A stretch of DNA of 64,000 bases. Origin: Chiloscyllium plagiosum (lineage: Eukaryota). A program made the translations under genes and the position numbers. Each line of letters opens with the position of its first letter. Within the stretch, counting starts at the first letter, position 1. The notes below the pieces were generated by a model. The model was not told the DNA's origin, ran no database searches, and was given only the letters and a program-made list of their open reading frames with translations. Location of the stretch: NCBI RefSeq assembly GCF_004010195.1, contig NC_057719.1, forward strand, positions 24,281,465 through 24,345,464, written 5' to 3'. Positions 35,501-47,500 of the stretch are shown here, in pieces.

Positions 35501-38500
35501 TTTTGTGGTATGCATTAATGAACTTAAATACTACTGAAAATAAAATATATTTTGTTGAATCTTTAAGCATCGGGACAATTTGCAAGAAAAACCAATGTAA
35601 AGGGAAACAACATTTATACTGCATGAGAGAACACTGCTACTTGGTTAGGAAGTGGATGTTAATTGATAGAGACATTGCCATAGAGAATGTAGCAGTTAGA
35701 TAATGACAGATTGGTCAAGGCATTATCCTGAGAAATAAACCAAAGAACAGCAGTTATGTATTCCATGGTGTTGAATCAGGTGCAGCCCGTGTATGCATTC
35801 ATTCTGTCTGTAAAAAAAAACTTGGTAGTTAACTGTCAATCGTCAGCTAACATCTGTGACAATCAGAGTCCATTTCCCTGTTAATCAGCACTCCCCCTCA
35901 CATAGTATAAATGTTGTTTTCCCATGATTTTGATATTCTTGCAAATTGTCCTGATGACTTCAAGGAAAAAAACCTTTGATAAGTTTGTTTTTTTAAGCAA
36001 TATTTTAAAGATTTAACTTAAATGTAGTGGAAGATGGAATTAAGAAGTTTTATACATGATGCAAAATTTGGCTATGTGGCAAGGAGAAAAGCTGTTGATT
36101 GCAGGAAGATACCAGTGAACCGATCATGTTGTATAAAAAGAGTAGCAATGTAATTCAATCTAGAGAAGGGTGAGATAATACATTTGAAGAAGGCAAAAGG
36201 CAAGGAAACATTCAAGAAATGATAGAATGTGGAGATGTGTTGAAGCACAGATGGACCATGAAGTACACATTCATAAATAAGTTTGCAAGACAAGTTAGAA
36301 GATGGTTAACAGAGAAAGCTGGCATTTTTCACTTTAGCTGAGGCACAGGGTTACAATAGCAGGGAGTTTATACTACAGCAGTATAAAACATTGTTAAGCC
36401 ACAGATAGAGTACTGTGTGCAGTTCTCATTAGAGGAAGGATGTGATCGCACTAAGGAGGATGCAGCAGAAACTGGGAGAATTTAGCTTCAAGGAAAGTTT
36501 GGTGAGGCAGAGGTCATTTTCTTTGGAACAGAAGTAGTTGAGAGGAGAAATAATTGAGGTGTATAAAATTCGGAGAAGCTTGGATAGTGAGGACACAAGG
36601 AATTATTCCCGCTAGTGGGCAGGGGTGTAACCAGGTGCATAGATTAAAACTAATTGGTCAAAGAGTGTTTTCCTTCCCACTCAAAGAGTAGTGCGCCACT
36701 GGAACTCCCTACCCAAAGGAGTGATTAAGGCAAAAACCCTCATTGCATTTAAAAAGGTACTTGGCATGATATAACTACAAAACTAATTTCCCAAAAATAT
36801 TTAAATGGCTATAATGCTACTTGGGATTTCCTAAGACTGTAAAAACACTAAATAAATCCAAGTCAGTCTCTTTTTTTATAAGTAGCATTAAACTGATTTT
36901 TTTAAGCACAACCATAATTGCATCGATGATTCTGAGAATTTAGGTTGTGAACTATTGAGCTTTATAGAGAAGGATGTTCTTCTCCAAGTGTATTTTTTTA
37001 AAAAAGGGACAAAATACAACTAAACATGAGCAGTCCTAACTGCTTCCAATCATAATAGGAACGGCTGTTAAATAAAAATTTCCTTGCTTTGCCTGTTCAA
37101 CTTGCAGGGTCAAGATTAGAGTGGTGCTGGAAAAGCACAGCAGGTCAGGCAGCATCCAAGGAGCAGGAAAATTGACATTTCAGGCAAAAGTCATTCCTGA
37201 CCTGCTGTGCTTTTGCAGCACTACTCTAATCTTGACTCTGATCTCCAGCATCTGCAGTCCTCACTTTCGCCCTGTTCAACTTGCAGTTTGCCTCAGGAAC
37301 TTTCACAAATTCTCTAATTTCAGGGCAAATCTAATGAACAACCCCACTTAGACTTGCTCAGAAAGCCCCAAAAGAGCTTGAGACAAATACAGACAGAAAG
37401 GAAACCTGATGAAATGGATCCTTGGCATTTTAATTCATTATTACACTGAGGAAATACAGATTTCTCACCAAGTAAAGTTAATACTCATGTCTTAGTATAA
37501 TCATGGAAATTGCTGGAGTAACTCAGCAGTCCTGGCAGCATCTGTGGACAGAAAGCAGAGCTAATACTTCGAGTTTAGTTCTTCAGAACTGATAGGAGCT
37601 CTTCGTAATTGTTACTATAAGATTGAAATAGCAGTGGAATACACCTGGTCTAGTATCAAGCTCTCAAAGACTCTGCCTTCGTTACTCCCAGTGAGTATTG
37701 GCGAGTACTTTCTATTGTTTTAGGTCTCCACACAAGCAGAGTGCATCAGCTCCAATATTGTATCAGTCTGTTCTAATATGTCATCAAACTATATTTACTC
37801 TTCAGATCCGACAGCAGCTAAAGAGAGAAATCAGAGTTAACATTTCAGGTCAAGTGAGCCTTCCTCAGAACCGATGGTAGCTAGGAAAATGTCAGTTTAT
37901 ATTCAGAAGATTATGGGATGGTGGGGTAGAAGAAATAAATAATAGGTGGGAACAGAGCCCAAAGAGAGAGGAGAACAGTTGGACAGACAAGGATTGGGGA
38001 ACAATCTGGCGAGGAGGGTGAACAGCTATTAAAGGGGATCTCTGTGATGTTCAATGTTCCAAAGACAGCTGCTCTCACTGCATCCTAAGATCCACACTCA
38101 CAGTCATGCAGCATCATATGCACATACTTGACCTCTCTCTCCAACAGCACCACATCACACTGGCTCAGGGCTGCACCACTCCAAGTTCCACTTCATCCTC
38201 CAACTCTTTCACTGTGCAAACAAAAAACTTTTAATTTTCCTTTAAGGCATCAAGGCACACAAGATGCAACAACTTACCTAGGCCCTTCTGGAATGCTCCT
38301 CCCCACCACCAATCCCACTTCCTATTGGGTCTTCACGATGCCTCCTGACCTTCCACTCTCCAACGCTGAACGTTCTCTACTCAGCGAAGGTCTCAGTTTT
38401 ATCCCTCGGTGTCCCCAGCTTAATGAATTTCAGGCACGGCCTGACATTGAACTCTTCTTCTGTCAGCTTCGCCTCCGACACAATCCCCATCTCACAGACA

Positions 38501-41500
38501 CCTTTGCCTACCTCCAACACTCTCCCTGCACCTGGGTCCCTCCCTCTGGCCTTTTTCCTGCACTGAACCTGTTCATTGAGAACTGTCGATGTGACATTGG
38601 TCCCTTCAATTTCTCTGCCCCCCCCTTACCCATTCCAATCTATCCTCCCATGAACTGACTGTACTCAGTGTTCTTAGATCCAATCCTGACTTTGTGATTA
38701 AGCCTGCCGATAAAGGTGGTGCTGTTGTTGTCTGGAGGAGCGATCTCGATATTGCAGAGGCTGAGTGCCAGCTCCCTCATACCTCCTCCCATCTCCCCCT
38801 GGACCATGACCCCATGATGGAACATCAGGCCATTGTGTCAACTACAGTCATCAACCTAATTTCATCTGGTGATCTCCCTCCCCCTCCCTCACTCCCTCCA
38901 AGCTGATGGTCTCCCTTTACCTACCTCCTGCCCAAAATTCAAAAACAGGTCTGCCCTGTCCCACAGAACTCATCTCTTCCTACCCTGACTCAGTTTTATC
39001 CTCCCATCCAATCCGTATGGGCTTAGATCTGTGATTCCTCTGTCGCTTTACACCAGTTTTGCGGGCTCTAGCCGCTTCCTCCTTACCATGGGCGTGCAAT
39101 CCCTTCACACATCCATCCCCCACCAGGATGGTCTCAGGGCTCTCCACTTCTTCCTGGTGGAAAGGCCTATACTATCCCCACTCCCCAGTAGCCTCCTCCA
39201 CCTGGCTGAGCTCGGCCTCACCCTGAACAACTTCTATTTTAACTCCTCCCATCTTCTTCAGGTCAGAGGGGTGGCCATAGGTATGTTCACAGGTTCCAGT
39301 TATGCCTGTCTTTTCATGGGATACGTGGAACATTCCTTGTTCCAGTCCTTTTCCAACTCTACCCTCAACTCTTTCTCCGATATATCATCAGTGCTCCTTC
39401 CCTCTCTCGTCCGGAATTTGAATAGTTTATCGAATTCACTTCCAATTTCCACACTGGCCTCACTTTCACCGAGTCCATCTTTGACTCCTCCCTCCTAATC
39501 CTCGACATCTGTTTCCATTTCTGGGGACAGGCTGCCACCAATATCCACTATAAACCCACCAACTCCCACAATTACCTCAACTACACTTCCTCACACCCTG
39601 CTTCCTGTAAAGATTCTATTCCATTCTCCCAGTTCCTCCTTCTCTGTCGCATCTGTTCTGATGATGCCAACTTTGATAAGGGTGCCTCCGAAATGTTCAC
39701 TTTCTTCCTCAACCATGGATTCCCCAGCACCATGGTCCGATCTATCTCCCGCACTTCGGCCTTTACCCCCCTCTTCCCTCACACAAAAGCAACAGGATCC
39801 CCTTCTTCTTACCTACCATACCACCAGCATCCACATTTAGAGGATCATTACTTGCCATTTTCGCCACATCCAGTGAGAAGCTACCACCGGACACATATTC
39901 CCCACCCCTTGCTTGCCAGCATTCCACAGGGACCATTCCCTCCAGGACACTGTGGTCCACTCTTCCTTCAGTCCGAACACCTGCGTCCATCCCACCCCCC
40001 ACAGCGTCATGGCACCTTCCTTTGCAACTGCAGAAGTTGTAACACCTGCCCAATTATCTCCCCACTCCTCAGCATCCCAGGCCCTAAACATACCTTCCAG
40101 GTGAAGTAACACTTTACCTGAACTTCACTCAATCTAGTCTACTGCATTCACTGCTCACAATGTGGTCACCTACTTTGGTAAAATGAAGCGTAGACTGGAT
40201 GACCACTTCACAGAACATCTACATTCTGCCTGCAAAAATGACCCTGAGTCCTTCAAGTTGCCAGACATTTCAACGCACCACCCTGTTCCATGGCCAACAT
40301 CTCTGACTCAGGCTTGCTGCAGTACTCCAGCAAAGCTCACAACAAGTTGGAAGAACAGGACCTCATTTTCCGTTTAGGGACCCTGTAGCCCTCCGGACTC
40401 AATATCATCAATAATTCAGGGCTTGAGCTCTCCCATATCCTTATCCCAACCCACAGATTAGGCCTTTGTTATCACATAGTCAGCTATTACACATAAACCA
40501 TTGTGTGTAACAGTTCCCATTAATAGCTATTCACCTTCCCAGCCAGATCATTATCCACTCCTTTGTCTGTCCAACAGTTCTCCTTTCTCTTGGGCTCCAT
40601 TCCCACCTATTGTTTACTTGCTACCAACACCCCCAACTCCCCCCCCCCCCCCAAACACACATACATACACACACAATCTTATGCATGTAAACTGACATTT
40701 TCCAACATTACCATCAGTTCTGAGGAAGAGTCATTGAGATGTATAGCATGGAAACATACCCTTCAGTCCAACTCATCCATGCTGCCCAGATATCCGAAAT
40801 AAATCTAATCTTATTTGCCAGCAATGTTTTGGAAAGAATCTGAGGGATAGGATTTATGATTATTTGGCAAAGCATAGTGTAATTAAAGGCAGTCAGCACG
40901 GCTTTGTGAGGGGCAGGTCATGCCTCACAAATCTTATTGAGTTATTTGAGGAGGTGTCAAGACAGGTCGATGAAGGTCAAGCAGTGGATGTGGTGTATAT
41001 GGACTTCAGCAAGGCATTTGATAAGGTTCTCCACGGTAGGCTCATTCATAAAGTCAGGAAGTATGGGATACAGGGAGATTTGGCTGTCTGGATTCAGAAT
41101 TGGCTGGCTGACAGAAGGCAGACAGTGATTGTAGATGGAAAGTATTCTGCCTGGAGGTCAGTGTTGACGGCGGTCCCGCAGGGCTCTGTAGTTTTTTATA
41201 AATGACTTGGATGAGGATTTTGAGGTGTGGGTTAGTAAATTTGTAGATGACACAAAGGTTGGAGGTATTGTCGATAGTATAGAGGGCTGCTGCAGCGCAA
41301 CATGGACAGGATGCAGAGCTGGGCTGAGAAATGGTAGAAGGAGTTCAACCTGGATAAATACGAAGTGATGCATTTTGGAAGGTCGAACTCAAATGCTGAA
41401 TATAGGATTAAAGACAGGATTCTTGGCAGTGTGGAGGAACAGAGGGATCTGGGTGTGCAAGTACATAGATCCCTCAAAGTTGCCACCCAAGTGGATAGGG

Positions 41501-44500
41501 TTGTTAAGAAAGCATATGGTGTTTTGGCTTTCATTAACAGAGGGATCGAGTTTAAGAGCCGCGAAGTTTTGCTGCAGCTCTACAAGTCCCTGATGAGACC
41601 ACACTTGGCATATTGTGTCCATTTCTAGTCACCCTACTATAGGAAAGATACAGTGGCTTTAGATAGGGCGCAAAGAAGTTTTACCAGGATGCTGCCTGGA
41701 CTGGAGGGCTTGCCTTATGAAGAAAGGTTGAATATGCTCAGACTTTTCTCTTTGGAGAGAAGGAGGAAGAGAGGAGATCTGATCGAGGTATACAAAATAA
41801 TGAGTGGAATAGATAGAGTCGATAGCCAGAGACTTTTTCCCAGGGCAAGATTGACTGGTATGAGGAGTCATTGCTTGAAGATATTAGGGGGAAGGTATAA
41901 AGGAGACATCAGAGGTAGGTTCTTTACGCAGAGAGTTGTGAGTGCATGGACATTTAAGCGACTGCTGGACATACACATGGGTAGCAGTGAGTTGAGGGGT
42001 GCGTAGGTTAAGTTACTATATTTTACATTAGGATTAAATCTCAGCACCATATTGTGGGCCAAAGGGCCTGTTCTGTGCTGTACTTTTCTATTTGGCCCAA
42101 ATCCCTTCCTATTCATATCCCTATTTAAATGTTCACTCAACCCGAAACATTAACTCTGATTTCACTCCACAGATGTTGTCAGACCTGCTGAGCTTTTCCA
42201 ACAGTTTCTGTTTTTTCTTTCTGATTTACAGCATCTGCAGATTTTTCAGTGTTTACTTTATATTTACTACTGACTTCTCGCCATTAACTTTTCCATTCAC
42301 TATCACTGTCATCAACATTTCCTGTGCTTCCTAATAGTATTCCAACAGAAAGTACTTTTTTTCATGCTATTCATCCCATCACTTTTCTCATAGAATCCCT
42401 ACAGTGCAGAAGTAGGCCATTCAGCCTACAGAGTCTCCCAAAGAGCATTTTACCCAGATGCTTCCTCCCTAACCTTATTCCCTATAATCCTGCATTTCCC
42501 AAGGCTAATCCACCTAATTTATGCATCCCTCGGCACTATGGGCAATCCAGCTAGCCTGTGCATCTTTGGATTGTGGGAGGAAACCAGAGCACCCAGAGGA
42601 AACCCACGCAGACACAGCAAGAATATGCAAACTCCACACAGACAATCGCCCAAGGGTGGAGTCAAACCCAGGATCCCTGGTGCTGTGAGGTAGCAATGCT
42701 TACCAATGAGCCACCACCACTGGGTATTTTTTCTTGCCAAATTATTTTAGAATATGTTTTGCACCATAAATGTAATCATTTCCAGTCTTCTCCTTCAGTG
42801 TTTCGCTTGCAGTACACTCTGCCTTTCTCTAATCTTGTGAATTTCCATATGGCAAAATCTACCCCAATCCTACAGTACAACCTAGCCTATACATTCCAGC
42901 AGGGAACAGTGATTAAGATTGGAAGCCTCTGATCAATTTCCCTCTTTAACCAGGCAATGAGATCAGCTAAAAGCGTAGAATAAGAACTGACCTCAAAACT
43001 TTCTTGCTCTCACTGGCTCTATATGACAACAGATGTTGCAGCGACTCACTCAGCAACTGGACAATATTTCTACAAACTACAGGATCAAGAAGATGGACTG
43101 AGCATGACAAATGTGGATTAATCATCTTAATCTTTCTTTAAAATTGTTTGAGAATTGCATTTGACCAGCTCGTCAATGTCAAAAAGCAAATTTTCTGATC
43201 ATCATTGGACACATAAGAAAATCTCTTCAGACATCCTACTGTGGTTCATTCTGTTGCTATGAACAGCCACGGTTTATCTGATTTCTTTGTGTTTTACATG
43301 TGTTAAATAACTTGCAAGAAGCGGATTTGAATACTTATGAAGGAAAGTGAAACAAAACTGTAGATTTTGATCTGGTTACCACTTAACGAGTCAGAAACAG
43401 CTAGTGTTCGACCCTTCAACCAAAAATCAACAGCACACGATCTCTCAATTATGACTTTCATTCCTTTTAGTATGAAAAATGCAGACCCTCACATGTGTCA
43501 CATGTCTATGGGCCATTACAATATTCCAAGTAACACGTCTACATTGTTCTAACTGAAAAAAGAATCTAGTCCACTACTAAAAAGAGAACCTTCTGAATTT
43601 TTGTCCCACTTATTAGTCATCAGATTATTGGCATTTCCAGTGCAAAATATACAATTACATTTATAACTTGTAACTTTTTTTTATTATAGCTGGCAAAATC
43701 ATCCTGAGGAAGCTACTTTGAGATCTGGTTAGGTTGCTTACTGAGGCACATGAAAAACATCTGAATCCTGCGGGTAACACAGAGAAGCCAGTATGGTTTG
43801 CTCCATGAGACAGGAGGCAAACGTCTAAGGAAAGATTAGAGAAAAGGAATCCTTTGAACTTGAAAGACGGCACAGGAATGGGAATATTATGTAGATAAGA
43901 AAGACTGTAAGTAAAATAGAGAATGTTGATGAGCATTAAGTGAAATCCATTTTTGCAAGAACAGGTTAAAATTGCCAAAAAGCCAATTCAAGACTTTTTT
44001 CAAAAAGCTCTTCTTCACATACAGGGTGAACAATGGAATGATCTTCCAGACATGGTAATGTAGGCAAATGTGTGAATTAATTCCAAAGACAGTTAAATAT
44101 TGTAATAGAAGAATAATGGATTTCTATAGAATCGTGACCCAAGTTTCTGAAATAGCTTCCATTGTCCATTCTTATCTTTGTAATATAATTTCTTACATTA
44201 TTACAAGGACTCAATACCTCATTTTAATCAAATCATGTTAAGTTATTGCCTTGCACACAATTGGGAAACTACATTCCATTGTATTTGTAGTTTCCTTGAA
44301 ACAATGTATTGCTATACATTATATAGAACAATAGCATATATAGGACACTGCAATGCAATAACATATACCTCTGATGTTAAAATTATGTGAATAAATTAGG
44401 AGAGTGGAAGTTATTTTTAAAGTTACATCTTTAAGTATTTTTACTGTGGCAGTTTATTATTTACGCTTTGCAAGTCTCCAAGATTCAAGGTCCTTCCACC

Positions 44501-47500
44501 ACTCATCGTCCAACAGCAAAAGACTTAAAACTACTTCTCAGATCATCATTATAGTGAATATAAGGTTAAGTTAATGCTAAGAAAGGGTTCAGATGATTTT
44601 GCTGTCGAAGCAACAATATTGGAAAGAAATGTTTACAATGTGCTTTAAGAGGGCAATCAAGCTGTGTACCTGACTTTCATTTCTTCAAATTGGTGAAGTA
44701 GATCTTGTAACTCCTTCTTTTTCACTTCATTTTCTTTCAACTCAACATGATATTTTTTAATAGCACGACACCTCTTTGCATCATTATCCCTGAGGAATTT
44801 GTCAAACTTCAGGGCTCTTTCTCTAAACTATGGAGGAAAGTCGAAAGAATATTAAATATTATTAATGAGACTATCTATTTGCAGGGAAAATAATTTTGTG
44901 TTTAAAATGGTAGAAAACAAAATATTAGATTAATTGACTTCAAATTAAAAAGCCATACTCATTTACTACTGACAATACCAGGAGATAAACAATTTTAGTA
45001 TTTCACTTGCTCAACCAACTGAAGTGGTGAATGGATTACAAGGAATGCTTGCTGACCTAAACAAAGTTCTCGCAGAGCAGTCAAGTTTAAAGTTCAAATT
45101 CATAAACTAGTAATCAACCTAAAATTTTATGTTTTCTTACCACCTGCTCCTTTCTTTCAAATTCTGCCCTCCGCTGGCTAATGGCTTCCATGCGTTGAAG
45201 GAACTCTTGCCTTTTAGCTGCAAGTTCTGCATTAACTTGGTCAACTTCTACTTCCTTCTTCAATACCAAAGTCGCCTGAGGTGTCTTCCGGTCACTTGCA
45301 AGAATCTCACCGGCTGCCTGAAACAGTAATGAAGTTGAACAGCAAGGCTGAAGCCATGAAAATATCTAAACACAAGGGCCAAAATTTTAAATTTGAGACT
45401 TTGAGGTCAGAGAATTGATGTATATCAGTGAAGGTGAAAGTGATGAACAAGCAGAGGTTGGGGCATAAATGAGTACAAATGATAGATTTTTAAATAAGCC
45501 AAAGTTTATGGAGGGTGAAAGATGGGAGGCAGACCAAGATAAGTTTTCAATTGTTGCCAAGAGTTTCAGTGGCAAAAGGATTCCTTTATATATGACCAAG
45601 AGAAAAAAAAGTCTTGCACTCCATCAGTCTGGCTTGGATTCAGACCCTCACAGATACCAGGATGAGGGCTAACTCATTGCTGCCCAGCTTCTATTGCCGT
45701 TCAAGTCAGTTTGGTAATGGTATTTTCCCGCCATTTTCCACTGAAAAATTTGACAGTCTTAAAGAAATCTGTTCTAAAGTTACTTTCAACATGTACCCAT
45801 ACAGGTACCAGATCTAAGAAAAACCAAAATGCCTTGAAAATTTCAATCTGAAATAGAAATAAAAAGAGCTGGAAGGTCTCAGCAGGTAAGGCAACAAGCC
45901 TAGAGAGAGGACCAGAGACACAATATCTACCACATCACCTCCTCCTCTCTCAGCATCCAAAGCCCCAAACACCACTTTCAAGTGAGATAGCAACTTACTT
46001 ATATGCCTTTCTATTTAAGATACAGTAATCACTGCTTATGATGCGCTCTATTGGAAAGACCAAACAAAGACATGGTGATGGCTTTGTGGAACACCTCCAT
46101 ACAATTCCACAAGCATAGCCTTGAACTTCTTGCTGCTTGTCATTTCAATTTTCTACCTTGTTCCAACTCGAAACTTTTAGCCCTTGATCTGTTACAGTAT
46201 TCCAAATTCAATGTAAACCTCACATAATGTAAGTAATTCATTGTCTGACTGGGCACTTACAACCATCTGAACTCAATAATGAATTCAAAAATAATCAGCC
46301 CATCCTTCTGCTCTTAATTTGCTTTGTGTGATTTTTGAAGGGTTTTTTTCTCCACTTTCTTAATCATTTTAATTTGTCTATCCCATCATTCGTGTCTCAT
46401 TGAGATACATATATTGTTTCTTTACTTATCTTTTTGACTTTTACACTTTTGTCATTTAATCTCTACTGCACTCACTCCGCCACATCAGAGACCTTCCAAT
46501 TTGTTCTTATTCCCATACTTCCCCCTTTTCCCCTCCTAAAGTTCTTTTGCAGTTCTGACTTTTGTCAGTTATGATGGAAGGTCACAAACCCATTCCAACT
46601 CTGCTATACTCTCCACAGATATTGCCTGACTTGTTACATACTTTGTTTTCTTTTCCAGATTTAAGCTGTTTGTCTGACATTATTCAGTTCTAATTTGTTA
46701 AAAATGCAAAATTTATAGGATTGTTACATTTTGGGATTGCCTCTTTAATTTAAGATGACATAAGGGTAAGAAGGGGGTCACGTGATCTGTTGGAAATTCA
46801 ACACCGCAGCTGGGTGATGTGCTTTTTAAAGGTTCAGAGGGAGTCTAGGCTGACTGACTCGGCAGAAGGTGCAAGATGTTCACACCATAGGCACTGGTAA
46901 GAGCAGGTGTGCTGACAGTAGGGAGTAATTTTGTCTCCAAGTCTCACAGTGAGATGTTAGGAATGTGGGGCTTTATAAACAGTTATACTTCATACTATCT
47001 GTTTAATTCCAAGATAAAGTGGAGTTGGGGGCATCCAGAAGATAGCAAATTAATATGTATACTTGAAAATAGGGTTCATGTGATTCATGTTGCTATGGAG
47101 ATGGGTTCAAGAGAGGGAAAGGGCCATAGAAAACCATTACAGAGGTAGAGAGCAAGAGAGTTAAGCAAGGATGAGAAAATAAAATGAGATGAGACATGGG
47201 TGGCTCAGTAGTTAGCATTGCTGCCTCACAGGGACCTGGATTCGATCCCACCTTCGGGCAACTAGCTATGTAGAGTTTGCACATTCTCCCCATGTCTACA
47301 TGAGTTTCCTCTGGGTGCTCCAGATTCTGCCAACAGTCCAGATGTGCATATATGGAGAATGCAGGGTTACAGCAATAGGGTGGGTCTGGGTGAGCTGTTC
47401 TTCGGTGTAGACTCAACAGGCCAAATGGCCTGTTTTCACACTGTGTAGATTCTATGATTCTAAAAGCAAGGACGAAAGATAAAGTCTTGCACCTTAAGTG

